From contig CAWCRT010000003.1 of assembly GCA_963798115.1 (NCBI GenBank), positions 44,209-108,208 on the forward strand: 64,000 nucleotides of DNA. The letters run 5' to 3'. Numbering within the stretch: the first letter of the stretch is position 1; the number at the start of each line of letters is the position of its first letter. The translations under genes and the position numbers were made by a program. This document shows, piece by piece, positions 10,625-20,650 of the stretch. Source of the stretch: an uncultured Pseudomonadota bacterium (GTDB taxonomy: Bacteria; Pseudomonadota; Alphaproteobacteria; Acetobacterales; Acetobacteraceae). The notes below the pieces were generated by a model, which worked only from the letters and a program-made list of their open reading frames with translations, had not been told where the DNA came from and did no database searches.

Positions 10625-11331
10625 TGGCCGGCACTCTGGCCGCCATCGACGTGAAGGATCTCGCCCGTCACGAAGCTGGCCGATTCGAGGTAAAGGATCG
10701 CATCGACGACGTCCGAGATTTCGCCCATATGGCCGACAGGATGCAGAAGATCGAGCTGGGCATAGCTTGCGGCGGGATGCATCGGTGACTTGATGATGCC
10801 GAGCGCGACCGCATTCACCCTGATCCCCCGTTTCGCATATTCGATCGCGAGCGATTTTGTCGCGGCATTCAGCCCGCCTTTGGTCAATGACGCAAGCGCG
10901 GACGGGACTGCGGAACTTGCATGGTCGACCAGGCTGGTTGAGATCTGTACGACATGGCCGCTGCACTGTTTCTCCATCTCGGCGATGGCCAGCTGCGTCA
11001 TGTGAAAGAATCCCGTGACATTGACGCGCAGGAACGCCGCATAATCGGCCTCCGTATACTGGGTAAAGGGCTTGGCCATGAAGATGCCGGCATTGTTGAC
11101 GAGCGTGTCGATGCGCCCGAACCGCGTCATGCCCTCCGAGATTGCGCGTTCGGCCGTTTTTCGGTCGGCGATGTCGCCGGGGACGGTCAGGATATCCGCA
11201 TCGTTCGCCGCCTGAATCGAGCGGGCGACCGCGACCACACGGTAGTTGCGGTCGACATAAGCCTTGACGAGAGCCGCGCCGATGCCCCGGGACGCACCGG
11301 TGATCACGGCAACTTTCTGTTCGCTGCCCAT
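10621..11331 (-). CDS. Short-chain dehydrogenase/reductase
   Basis: VAVITGASRGIG and NNAG motifs; 236 aa. Confidence 0.85.
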   Translation of the reverse strand: MGSEQKVAVITGASRGIGAALVKAYVDRNYRVVAVARSIQAANDADILTVPGDIADRKTAERAISEGMTRFGRIDTLVNNAGIFMAKPFTQYTEADYAAFLRVNVTGFFHMTQLAIAEMEKQCSGHVVQISTSLVDHASSAVPSALASLTKGGLNAATKSLAIEYAKRGIRVNAVALGIIKSPMHPAASYAQLDLLHPVGHMGEISDVVDAILYLESASFVTGEILHVDGGQSAGH

Positions 11332-11949
11332 GGCAAGTTTCCTTCGCTGAGGGGCTGATGGAACGATGGCCGAACGGGCCGTGTGCCATAGATCGCCCCG
11401 AAATTATGCGCAGTTGATGTGCGAGCGAATATACGCTGTTCGGCAGACACTCTTCCGCTGCGCGATTGAATGCGGGGGCAATTTCGATCCCGGCTTTATG
11501 GCCCTTTTTTCCAGGGCGGGACGGGAGAGGCAGGTGGCATCGGGTCGTGGATGCGGTCCAGAAATACGCGCGGCAGCCTGTGCAAGGCCGCCGATCAGGA
11601 ATGGCGGCCCGTCCCAGGGCTGCCCGGCCGTGCCCCGCCGGGTGATCGCCCGGGCCGGAGAGCCCGTCCCCCGGAGTTGCCGTACCGTCTCATATAGAGA
11701 CCTCTCTTGGCCAAGCCGAACGAAACGCCCGGGTTTCGGCGAGGGCAGGCGCGGCTTTATTGTGGCGTGACAATAACGTTTCGTTGAGCCGGCGTTCCAA
11801 GAAACTTTATAAGAAGTTAATGAATCTACACTTAATGGTAGAGCACTCGGTAGACTTTTTCTGTTTCACCGCTTGATCGGCGGCGGCGGGAAGGGCATTC
11901 TGCCGGCGTATCGAGCTAATGCAAAAGAACTAACTAGGGTGGACTACAC

Positions 11950-12912
11950 ATGATACCGTCACGGTACCGAAGACTTGCTTTGTTTTCGCGGCGTCTCCTG
12001 CCGCTTTCGGCCTTGTTCCTGTCGGGCTGTTCGACGGTGCAATACCGCCTGTTCCATCCCGCCGACTCCATCGCCAATGTGGAATGGCACTACACGATCA
12101 TAGACGTCGCGGTGATGCTGCTGATCATCCTGCCGATCACCTTCATGATCGCGCTGTTTCTGTGGCGTTATCGCAAGTCGCGCAATGCGGCCTACGCACC
12201 GGACTGGTCGCATTCGCTCGGCCTGGAGCTGCTGATGTGGGGCTTGCCCCTGATCGTCGTCGCGGTGCTCGGCTATTATTCATATCTGAGCACCATGATG
12301 GTGAACCCTTACGGGCCGACCCTGTTGGCGAAGACCGCGGAGGCGGACGCGCCGTTGCAGGTGGATGTGGTCACCACCGACTGGCAATGGCTGTTCATCT
12401 ACCCCCAGCAGGGAATCGCGACGATTGATGACCTCGTGGTGCCGCAAGGCCGGGTCGTGGATCTGCGCCTGACCTCGGCCAGCGTCGTCAACGATTTCTT
12501 CATTCCGCAGGTTGCGCCGATGATCGACGTCATGCCGGGCATGCGCACCAAGGATGCCTTCCAGGTCAACCGGGTGGGGAATTACGAGGGCTATTCGGCC
12601 GATTTCAGCGGCGAGGGCTTCTCCTGGATGCAGTTTTCCACGCGTATCGTTTCGTCGTCTGATTTTGCCGCCTGGGTCACCCGGACTCAGACTTCGCCGA
12701 ACAGGCTGGACTATGCGCAGTTCCGTCAGCTGGCGCGGCCGACCGTGAATGTCGGCGCCAAGCCGGAATATTTCTCCGGCGTGGACGCGAATTTGTTCGA
12801 TCAGGTCTATCACGCGGCACTGCAAGGCGTGGTCTATCCGGTGCCCCCGGAACTTCCCGCACCGGCGCCGGCAAAAACCGCCGTGGCCGAGGCCGGTCCG
12901 GCCCGTTCCTGA
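11950..12912 (+). CDS. cyoA: Cytochrome o ubiquinol oxidase subunit II
   Basis: Lipoprotein-like LSGCS, two TM helices and a cupredoxin-like domain. First gene of the cyoABCD order. Confidence 0.9.
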   Translation: MIPSRYRRLALFSRRLLPLSALFLSGCSTVQYRLFHPADSIANVEWHYTIIDVAVMLLIILPITFMIALFLWRYRKSRNAAYAPDWSHSLGLELLMWGLPLIVVAVLGYYSYLSTMMVNPYGPTLLAKTAEADAPLQVDVVTTDWQWLFIYPQQGIATIDDLVVPQGRVVDLRLTSASVVNDFFIPQVAPMIDVMPGMRTKDAFQVNRVGNYEGYSADFSGEGFSWMQFSTRIVSSSDFAAWVTRTQTSPNRLDYAQFRQLARPTVNVGAKPEYFSGVDANLFDQVYHAALQGVVYPVPPELPAPAPAKTAVAEAGPARS

Positions 12913-12964
12913 CGCAAAATACGCCCCCGCTAACGCACTTCAGACGAAGAGAAAGGTCTTAACC

Positions 12965-15061
12965 GTGTTCGTTCATGTGCCCGGTCCGTGGTCGCCGCTA
13001 TTTGGCAGGCTGACCCTCAATTCAATTCCCTATACCAACCCGATCATCCTTTTCGCCTTAGCCTTCTCGGCCGTCGCCGGGCTTATGGTCGTCGTTCCGG
13101 TGCTGTATTACCGTAAGGTCGGCTATCTTTTCCGCGAATGGCTGACCACGGTCGATCATAAGAAGATCGGCATTATGTACATGCTGCTCGGCCTGGTCAT
13201 GATGTTCCGCGGCTTTGTCGACGGGCTGATGATCCGCACCCAGCAGGTGATGGCCGACGGCCCGAAATCGCTCGGCCATCTCGGCGCGGCGCACGGCTAT
13301 CTGCCGCCGGAGCATTTCGACCAGATCTACAGCTCGCATGGTACGCTGATGATCATTTTCGCGGTCACTCCGATCCTCACGGGGCTCGGCAACATCGTGG
13401 TGCCGCTGCAGATCGGCGCGCGCGACATGGCCTTCCCGATGATGAACGCGATCAGCCTCTGGCTCACCACGGTGGGCGCGATGCTGGTCATGGCCTCGCT
13501 GTTCGTCGGCGATTTCTCCACCGCCGGCTGGGTGGGCCTCGCCCCGCTCACGGAAGTTCCTTTCAGCCCGAGTGTGGGCGTCGATTACTGGCTCTGGGCG
13601 ATCCAGATTTCGAGCGTCGGCACGACGCTGAACGCGGTCAATATGATCGCCACCATCGTCGGCATGCGCGCCCCCGGCATGCGCTGGGACCGTCTGCCGA
13701 TTTTCACCTGGACGACGCTGTCGACCAACATCATCGGCCTGACCTCCTTCCCGATCCTTGGCGTGGCCCTCGCGCTGCTGGGCGCGGACCGCTATCTCGG
13801 CACGCATTTCTTCACCGCCGGCATGGGCGGCGATCTGATGCTCTACACCAACCTGTTCTGGATCTGGGGCCATCCTGAAGTGTACTTCCTGGTGCTGCCG
13901 GCCTTTGGCATCATCTCGGAAGTCATTCCGACTTTCTCCGAAAAGCCGTTATTCGGCTACATCACCATGGTGGCCGCGACCTTCGCCATCGCCGGGATTT
14001 CCTGGACGGTGTGGCTGCATCATTTCTTCACCATGGGGGCGGGGCCTTACGTCAACACCTTCTTCTCGGTGGCGACCATGCTGGTCGGCATTCCGACCGG
14101 CGTGAAAGTGTTCAACTGGGTCTTCACCCTCTATCGCGGCCGCCTGACCTTCACCGCGCCGATGCTGTGGGCGGTCGGCGCCTTGTTCCTGCTGCTCATC
14201 GGCGGTTTGACCGGCATGATGCTGGCGATCCCGGCGGTGAACTATACCGTGCATAACAGCGTGTTCGTGATCGCCCATTTCCATTGCATGGTGCTGCTCA
14301 TCGCCTATTCGATTTTCGCCGCCACCGGCTACTGGTTCCCGAAAGTCTTCGGCTTCACGCTGGATGAGCGCAGCGGCAAGATGTTCTTCTACACATTCAG
14401 CCTCGGCACCATCGTGCTGTTCACCGCGATGTTCGCGCTCGGTTTCATGGGCGAGACGCGGCGTCTGGACTATCTCTACAACACGCAATGGATGCCGGCC
14501 CTCATCACCGAGGAAATCGGGATCGGCATTTACACGCTCTCCTGCTATTATTTCGCGAAAATGCTGTTTGTCAGCATCCGCGACCGCAAGAAGAACCAGG
14601 TCGGGGCGGATCCCTGGGGGACGTCCCGCACGCTGGAATGGCTCACCCATTCGCCGGTTCCCTTCTATAACTTCGCCGTGATCCCTCAGGTGAATGCACG
14701 CGACGAGCTGAGCTGGCGCTATGCCAACAACGTCGCCGACGCGCAGCCGGAATATTTCACGGATTTCCACATGCCGAACAACACCGTGATTCCGTTGCTT
14801 ATCGGCATCCTCGCCTTCGGCTTCGGTTTCGGTCTGGTCTGGCGGATCTGGTGGATGGCGGGCCTCTCTTTGCTCGGGATCATTGCCGTGGTGATCTATC
14901 GCTCCTTTGCGCGCGACCACGGCTATGTCCTGTCCGCCGAGACGCTGGCGAAGCTGGAGCGGCCGGGCAAGCCGCTCGGCGTCATCGCCGAAACGCAGCA
15001 TCTTAGCGAGGCGGAGCCAGTTGCCGAAACGCATGACCTGGCCGAACTGGAGGCGCAATAA
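12965..15061 (+). CDS. cyoB: Cytochrome o ubiquinol oxidase subunit I
   Basis: Heme-copper oxidase subunit I sequence (LFGRLTLNSIPY..., WLTTVDHKKIGIMY, GHPEVY). The track start at 12749 overlaps cyoA; GTG 12965 preceded by AGAAAGG is preferred. Confidence 0.9.
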   Translation: MFVHVPGPWSPLFGRLTLNSIPYTNPIILFALAFSAVAGLMVVVPVLYYRKVGYLFREWLTTVDHKKIGIMYMLLGLVMMFRGFVDGLMIRTQQVMADGPKSLGHLGAAHGYLPPEHFDQIYSSHGTLMIIFAVTPILTGLGNIVVPLQIGARDMAFPMMNAISLWLTTVGAMLVMASLFVGDFSTAGWVGLAPLTEVPFSPSVGVDYWLWAIQISSVGTTLNAVNMIATIVGMRAPGMRWDRLPIFTWTTLSTNIIGLTSFPILGVALALLGADRYLGTHFFTAGMGGDLMLYTNLFWIWGHPEVYFLVLPAFGIISEVIPTFSEKPLFGYITMVAATFAIAGISWTVWLHHFFTMGAGPYVNTFFSVATMLVGIPTGVKVFNWVFTLYRGRLTFTAPMLWAVGALFLLLIGGLTGMMLAIPAVNYTVHNSVFVIAHFHCMVLLIAYSIFAATGYWFPKVFGFTLDERSGKMFFYTFSLGTIVLFTAMFALGFMGETRRLDYLYNTQWMPALITEEIGIGIYTLSCYYFAKMLFVSIRDRKKNQVGADPWGTSRTLEWLTHSPVPFYNFAVIPQVNARDELSWRYANNVADAQPEYFTDFHMPNNTVIPLLIGILAFGFGFGLVWRIWWMAGLSLLGIIAVVIYRSFARDHGYVLSAETLAKLERPGKPLGVIAETQHLSEAEPVAETHDLAELEAQ

Positions 15062-15690
15062 TGCAGATCAACATCATCAAGGACGGCAAAGTGCCGCCGC
15101 TCTGGCATTACGGGCATGAAGAACATGACGTGATTGCCGCCAAGACTTTCGGCTTCTGGCTGTATATGTTGAGCGACGCGCTGCTCTTCGCCGGGCTCTT
15201 CGCCGCTTATGCGGTGCTCGACCACAGCATGAACACGGCCGGCGGCCCCGGGGAAGCGCAGGTCGTGCATCCGATCGCCGCGACCTGGCAGACGCTCGCG
15301 GTGCTCTCCAGCGTGTTCGCCTACAGCCTTGCCACGGTCGCGCTGAAACGCGGCAGCCGTGCCGGGGTGATCGCCGGCATGATCGCCGCCGCCGTCCTCG
15401 GCGTCGTGTTCATCAGGCTGGAGCTGACGGATTTCATCAGCCTCTTCCATGCTGGCGCGACCCCGGATACCAGCGGTTTCCTCTCCGCTTTCTTCATCCT
15501 CATCGCCACGCACGGGCTGCACATGGCGTTCGGCATTCTGTGGATGCTGGTGATGCTGGTGCAGGTGCGCCGCTTCGGCCTCTCGACTGCGGTGGTGGCA
15601 CAGCTGCTCAATCTGCGCCTGTTCTGGCAGTTCCAGGCCTCGGTCTGGGTGTGCGTCTATGTCTTCGTTTACCTCAAGGGGAGCATCTAA
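15061..15690 (+). CDS. cyoC: Cytochrome o ubiquinol oxidase subunit III
   Basis: 209 aa, 5 TM. ATG overlaps the cyoB stop (TAATG). Confidence 0.9.
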   Translation: MQINIIKDGKVPPLWHYGHEEHDVIAAKTFGFWLYMLSDALLFAGLFAAYAVLDHSMNTAGGPGEAQVVHPIAATWQTLAVLSSVFAYSLATVALKRGSRAGVIAGMIAAAVLGVVFIRLELTDFISLFHAGATPDTSGFLSAFFILIATHGLHMAFGILWMLVMLVQVRRFGLSTAVVAQLLNLRLFWQFQASVWVCVYVFVYLKGSI

Positions 15691-16079
15691 TGGCCACGCA
15701 TCACCCCGATCCCGTGCTGCACCCGGAAGTGCAGCAGGCGAGTTTCGCCGGCTACACCGTCGGCTTCGTGCTGTCGCTTCTGCTGCTACTGGCGGCCTTG
15801 CTGCTGACCGAGCAGCACGCTTTGCCCCCGCTCAAGCTGCTCGGCGCCATTTCCGTGCTCGCCATGGTGGCGCTGTTCGCGCAATGCTTCCTGTTCTTCG
15901 GGCTGAACATCGCTTTGCATAACATCTGGAAGAGCGTGTCGCTGGTCCTCACGGTTCCGTTATTCATTCTCACCATCGGTCTGACCGTCTGGATGTTCCA
16001 TGAGCTGAACGACCTGACGATGATGCCGGGAGCGCAGGTCATGCCGGGGATGACCATGCAGCCGACCTTGCTGGAATAA
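15690..16079 (+). CDS. cyoD: Cytochrome o ubiquinol oxidase subunit IV
   Basis: About 129 aa with 3 TM helices. ATG overlaps the cyoC stop. Track ORF 15540 is trimmed to ATG 15690. Confidence 0.85.
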   Translation: MATHHPDPVLHPEVQQASFAGYTVGFVLSLLLLLAALLLTEQHALPPLKLLGAISVLAMVALFAQCFLFFGLNIALHNIWKSVSLVLTVPLFILTIGLTVWMFHELNDLTMMPGAQVMPGMTMQPTLLE

Positions 16080-16140
16080 CCGGGTAACAGACTGGTTGCG
16101 CGCTCGCGCAACCGGCGTTGCCTGACGCAGACACAGAACC

Positions 16141-16173
16141 GCCCACGGCATCGTGGGCGTTTCTGTTGTTTTA
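16141..16173 (+). terminator. Rho-independent terminator after cyoD
   Basis: GCCCACG-GCAT-CGTGGGC stem followed by GTTTCTGTTGTTTT. A second perfect hairpin GGTTGCGCG-CT-CGCGCAACC lies at 16094-16113. Confidence 0.6.
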
Positions 16174-16180
16174 TGCCAGC

Positions 16181-18238
16181 TTACAGATCGAGCACGAGCC
16201 GGGCTTCCTCACCCTCCGCCGGGCTTGCCGGCCGGGCACAGCAGATCAGGCATTCGTTCTCGGCGACCTTCGCGCTCGGGGGCGTCGGGTAGGCAACCTT
16301 GCCCTCGATGATGGTCGTCCGGCAGGTGCCGCAGCTTCCGTTGCGGCAGCTGAATTCCGGCTCCAGCCCTTGCGCCTCGGTCAGTTCCAGCAGCGAGCCC
16401 GATTCCGGCGTCCAAACGACCGTCTTGTCCGCGCGCTTGAACATCACGGGCACAGGCTGGGTCGCGGGCACAGGCCCGGCATCGGCGCCGGACGGACGAT
16501 CGATGCGGCGCTTCAGCGAGGCCGGTCCGAAGGCCTCGGTATGAATGCGATCGTCGGCGATGTTGATGTCGCGCAGGGCGTCATACAGAGCCTGCGTGAA
16601 GCCCGGCGGGCCGCACAGGTAGAAATCATAATCATTGAGCGGCAGCGCCGCTTTGAGCGCCTCGATGTCGATCAGGCCGGTATGGTCGTAATCGGCTTGC
16701 GTGGCCCCGGTAACGTCGGTGAGCCAGCGACGATAGCGGATCGCGCCCTGGCCGGCTTCCGCGAGGCGTGAAATTTCCGCATCGAAGGCGCGTTCGGCCA
16801 CGTTCAGCGCCGCGTAGAAGAACCAGGCCGGCCGGATGCGGCCGTTGCGTGCACCCTCATCCACGAGGCCATGCAGCATAGCCAGCATCGGCGTCACGCC
16901 AATGCCCGCGGCCAGCAGCACGGCGGGGCGCTTCTCGGCCGGGTCGATGACAAATTCGCCCGCCGGCGCGCGCGCCTTGATGGTATCGCCTGCCTGCAGC
17001 CCATGCAGGAATTTCGAGACGACACCCTGGCGCTTCACGCTGATCCGATAGAATTCGTCGGAGGGTGAGGAGGAAAGCGTGTATTGGCGCTGCAGCGGCT
17101 TCGCCGTGTCCGGGAGCGAGACGCTGATCGGCAAATACTGGCCGGACCGCTGGGGGACGATTTTTTCACCGGAGGCAGGCGCCAAATGAAAGGAGCGGAC
17201 CACGCTGCTTTCATCGACCGTCTTCACGATGCGGAAATCCCCCCAGAGATCATTGGCCGGCCGCGTCGGTTGCTCCCACCGCCCCGTCAGCAGAGTGTGC
17301 GGCGACCAGCCATCTTCCATGAAGCGGGTCTGCAACGGCAAGGCCTGGCGCCGGCGGATGATCTTGTGCGGGCGGAAGCGCCACAGCCTGACCGCCCCCT
17401 GGAACTGCTCGATCTCAGCACTCTCGAAAATAATTTTAACCTCGCCGGTCATTTGCAGGACCGTGCCATTGTCGAAATCGATGAAAATCAACCCGGCTTT
17501 GGAATTGAGCAGGAAATTGCCGAAGCTGTTGAAAAAATTATTGCCGGCGAAATCGGGGATGGTCAGCCAGCCGTCATCGTCCAGCCGGGCAAAACCGGGA
17601 TTGCCGCCACGGTGGGAGACGTCGACGCTGCGCTGGCCTTCAGCGTCTGTCTGGTAGGAGGCGACGAAGAAAGTATCGGCCTTTTTCAGCATCTCGACCG
17701 CCTCGGCATCGAACCCGTCGAGCGTGACGGGCGGCGCGGCGGCAGGTGCCGCCGTGTGGTCAAGGAACACGGATTCGCGGCCCTGGATATATTGCGCGCA
17801 ATTGCCGTAGCCATAACGCACCGCGACGCTGAACCCGGCCGAACCAGTGCGCTGGATGCGGCCGTTCATCCGATTGCGACGCCGCGTCGCGAGCTGGATC
17901 CCCAGCAGCGCGATCGCATCGCCGTCTTCCATGCCGGCCTCGGCGGGGTCGGCGGGCTCGCGGGGCACGGCGACATCAAGATGCTTCGCGTCGGGCGCGG
18001 ACAGGAAGCCGGGCGGGGCGGCGCGCAAGGTCGCCCAGACGTCACCCGCCGGGTCCACGGCGCCGAGCACGGCAAAGGGCAATTGCGGATAGAATTCGCG
18101 CTGCTGGTCGGTCAGATAGTCGCGGACCCAGCGGCGCCCGAGATCATCCATCTGCTCGTCCACGCCATAACGGCGCTGCATCTGCAATTCACCTTCGTGC
18201 CAAGGCGCGGAAGCGAGGGTCGGAGCGGCTGAAGTCAT
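16181..18238 (-). CDS. Three-domain flavoprotein: PNPOx-like FMN-binding domain, ferredoxin-NADP reductase-like domain and C-terminal 2Fe-2S ferredoxin
   Basis: 685 aa. C-terminal CRNGSCGTCRT...CLICC plant-type ferredoxin cysteines, a central FNR-like RQYTLSS motif, and an N-terminal pyridoxamine-phosphate-oxidase-like region. Confidence 0.75.
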   Translation of the reverse strand: MTSAAPTLASAPWHEGELQMQRRYGVDEQMDDLGRRWVRDYLTDQQREFYPQLPFAVLGAVDPAGDVWATLRAAPPGFLSAPDAKHLDVAVPREPADPAEAGMEDGDAIALLGIQLATRRRNRMNGRIQRTGSAGFSVAVRYGYGNCAQYIQGRESVFLDHTAAPAAAPPVTLDGFDAEAVEMLKKADTFFVASYQTDAEGQRSVDVSHRGGNPGFARLDDDGWLTIPDFAGNNFFNSFGNFLLNSKAGLIFIDFDNGTVLQMTGEVKIIFESAEIEQFQGAVRLWRFRPHKIIRRRQALPLQTRFMEDGWSPHTLLTGRWEQPTRPANDLWGDFRIVKTVDESSVVRSFHLAPASGEKIVPQRSGQYLPISVSLPDTAKPLQRQYTLSSSPSDEFYRISVKRQGVVSKFLHGLQAGDTIKARAPAGEFVIDPAEKRPAVLLAAGIGVTPMLAMLHGLVDEGARNGRIRPAWFFYAALNVAERAFDAEISRLAEAGQGAIRYRRWLTDVTGATQADYDHTGLIDIEALKAALPLNDYDFYLCGPPGFTQALYDALRDINIADDRIHTEAFGPASLKRRIDRPSGADAGPVPATQPVPVMFKRADKTVVWTPESGSLLELTEAQGLEPEFSCRNGSCGTCRTTIIEGKVAYPTPPSAKVAENECLICCARPASPAEGEEARLVLDL

Positions 18239-18339
18239 AACGGCCTCTTTGGCTGAATTTGTGATCGCAAAAACCGGCGGTCGTCCTACGGGCTACCGCC
18301 TTGTGGATCTTGACGTAACTCTTTCTCTTTCCGGCTAGA

Positions 18340-19276
18340 ATGGCTATTTTCTGCAAATCATTTTTTCAAAAAGTGGAAAAATTGGACAAGATCAGCGCCG
18401 TAAAAGTCTTGATTGCCGCGGTGGATGCCGGGAGTTTGAGTGGTGCTGCCAGCCGGCTGGGCCGCTCGCCCGCGGCGATTACCCGGATGGTCGCGTTTCT
18501 GGAGGAAGAGCTTGGCGTCGTGCTGCTGCATCGCACGACGCGCTCGATCCGGCTCAGCGAAGCCGGCGAGCGTTACGTTGCGGCGTACCGGCGCATTTTG
18601 GCGGAGCTTGAAGAGGCGGACCTCATGGTGGCGGGTGCGCAGGCGGCGCCGCGCGGGTTGTTGACGGTCACCGCGCCGGTGATGTTCGGGATGAGGATCT
18701 TCAGGCCCATCATCGACGCGTTTCTCCGCGCCTATCCCGATGTGCAGATTTAATATCTGCTTCTGGACCGGATGACGCGCCTGACCGATGAAGGCATCGA
18801 CGTGGCGTTGCGCATTGCGCCGCTCCCCGAATTCAAGCCTGATTGCGATCAAGGTCGGCGAAGTCAGGCGCGTCGTGGCGGCATCGCCAAGCTATCTCGC
18901 AAGCCGGCCGCCGATCCGCGTTCCCGAGGACCTTGCCGCCCATGAGTGCATCACCCATGGCGAGCCCTCGCAAAATGAGATCTGGAGCTTTCCGCCGCTG
19001 CCGGGCATGGACAGGTTGCGCAACATCCGCATGTCTTCACGCCTGCATGTCAATCTGATCGAATCGGCGATTGGCACGGCGGCGGATGGTCATGGGGTTA
19101 TTCGCGTCATGTCCTACCAGGTCGAACAGGAAGTCGAGGATGGGCGCCTGGAGATCGTTCTGGCCGATGCAGAGCCTGACCCGGTCCCGGTCCATCTCAT
19201 CACACCGGCGGGACGGCTGGAGAGCGCGAAGGTCCGGGCCTTTGTCGACTTCGCCGTCGCACGCCTAAGGCGCTGA
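18340..19276 (+). pseudogene. LysR family regulator, disrupted (in-frame TAA plus 1-nt insertion); paralog of 9701-10624
   Basis: The N-terminal ORF 18340-18753 ends at TAA 18751-18753, where the paralog has Lys. The reading frame then shifts near 18830-18831 (CCCGAATTC; removing one A restores PLPDSSLIAIKVGEV, matching the paralog's LPDSSMVAVRVGEV). The C-terminal half continues in ORF 18788-19276. Confidence 0.8.
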
Positions 19277-19277
19277 A

Positions 19278-19328
19278 GGACCAAAAGTTTTTGCGCCGCT
19301 TTTTCCAAAAAGCGGCCTCTTCCTTCCT
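19278..19328. repeat. Nested-palindrome intergenic element, partial copy A (linker, GCCGC arm, CT-rich end)
   Basis: GGACCAAAAGTTTTTGC, then GCCGCTTTTTCCAAAAAGCGGC (19295-19316), then CTCTTCCTTCCT. Lies between two convergent stop codons. Confidence 0.85.
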
Positions 19329-19334
19329 GCCTTT

Positions 19335-20603
19335 TTAATCCCCCCCAGCGGCATGCAGCGCCACATGGAAGACGGCGCCGCAAGGCCGGTTGGGGGCAAC
19401 CCAGAGCTTGCCGTCATGGCTGTCGATGATGGAGCGGCAGATGGCGAGGCCCATGCCCGTGCCGGCAGGCTTGTTGGTATAAAGAGGGGTGAAGATACGG
19501 TCGGCGTCTTCGGGGCGGATGCCGGGGCCGTTATCGGCGACGGAAATATGCACGCTGCCGTCGCGGAACGTGGCGTGCACGGAGAGCAGTCGCGGGCCGT
19601 TGATCGCCGCCATGGCGTCGATGGCGTTGGCGATGAGATTGGCGAGGCATTGGTGGAGCTGGGCTGGGCCGCCGATGATGGCGGGCAGATCAGGTGCCAA
19701 GCTGGTCTGGACGCGAATGCGGTGGCGTTGCAGCTCGGCGCGCAGCCCGGCGAGCACGTCGGCAATGAGGCTGTCGGGGGCCAGGGCAACGCGGCTCTGG
19801 GCGTGGCGGCGGAGCGAAGCGCGGACAGTGTCGACCATCTGCCCGGCATGCAGCCCTTGGGCGGCGATCTGGCTGAGGGCCTCGCGGGCCTCGCCGAACT
19901 CAGGGGTGGGGCGGTCGAGCCAGCGCAGCCCGGCCTGGGCCTGCGTGGTGATGCCGGTGAGAGGCTGCTTGATTTCATGGGCGATCAGGGCGGCGACGGC
20001 ATTGCTGGTGAGGAGCCTGGCCTCGTGCTCGCGGCGCTGGGCGATCATGGCGGCGCGCAGCCGCGGGTAGAGGCGCGTGATCTCGCAGAGCAGGAGGATG
20101 AGCATGAGGCTGCCGGCAAAGAGGCCAAAGAGCTGGCCGCCATACCAGCCGAGGGTGAAGCGGGCCGGTATGGGGAAGGAGAGCAGCAGGAGCTGGATCG
20201 CCCAGGCGCACATCACCACCATAAGCCAGAGAGTCAGCACTGAGCGCAGACGGCGCCAGAGCATGGCGAGGGCAAGGATCGTGAGCAGCGCCGCGCCGCC
20301 GGAGAGATATTGCCCAATGGCGGTGAAATGTAGCGGGTCGCGCAGCAGCACGGGGAGGGCGGCGATGAAGCGGGTCGCAAGCAAGGTCGTGAGGCAAGCG
20401 GCGAAGAGGGTGATGAAGCCCGCGATGCTGATCAGCCAAGCAAGGCGGTTTGTGGCCTGGGCTGGCTGACCGGCATCGTCCGGCCATGCGGCGGCGATGA
20501 GGAAAAGCGGGAAGCCGGCCCATCGGAAAAGCGAGAGCCAGGACAGGCTCTGCAGCGAGGCGCCTTGGGGTGCTGGCAGCCAGGGGATCACGATCAGCGC
20601 CAT
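19335..20603 (-). CDS. Membrane sensor histidine kinase with no adjacent response regulator
   Basis: HisKA H-box AHEIKQPLTGI, HATPase motifs (NLIANAIDA, DNGPGI, GTGMGL) and a multi-TM N-terminus. The track start 20771 reads through a repeat copy; ATG 20603 (MALIVIPW) is preferred. Confidence 0.8.
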   Translation of the reverse strand: MALIVIPWLPAPQGASLQSLSWLSLFRWAGFPLFLIAAAWPDDAGQPAQATNRLAWLISIAGFITLFAACLTTLLATRFIAALPVLLRDPLHFTAIGQYLSGGAALLTILALAMLWRRLRSVLTLWLMVVMCAWAIQLLLLSFPIPARFTLGWYGGQLFGLFAGSLMLILLLCEITRLYPRLRAAMIAQRREHEARLLTSNAVAALIAHEIKQPLTGITTQAQAGLRWLDRPTPEFGEAREALSQIAAQGLHAGQMVDTVRASLRRHAQSRVALAPDSLIADVLAGLRAELQRHRIRVQTSLAPDLPAIIGGPAQLHQCLANLIANAIDAMAAINGPRLLSVHATFRDGSVHISVADNGPGIRPEDADRIFTPLYTNKPAGTGMGLAICRSIIDSHDGKLWVAPNRPCGAVFHVALHAAGGD

Positions 20604-20650
20604 GAAGAGGTGGTGCCGCTCCTGCTGCCGAGCAGCCCCAGATTGTTGCC

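Noticed and set aside
10154-11389. Long antisense or alternative-frame ORFs throughout the track (for example 10154-11389, 13949-15058, 20929-22173, 23755-25527, 59383-60738, 60832-61554, 63009-63944)
   Set aside because: They overlap genes with clear family motifs on the other strand or frame. They are Arg/Gly/Pro/Ala-rich as expected for shadow ORFs in high-GC DNA, and they lack recognisable motifs.
11834-11860. A tRNA-like fragment AATGGTAGAGCACTCGGTAGAC upstream of cyoA
   Set aside because: Only a D-loop-like string is present. There is no acceptor stem, anticodon arm or T-arm around it, so there is not enough for a tRNA or an integration-site remnant.
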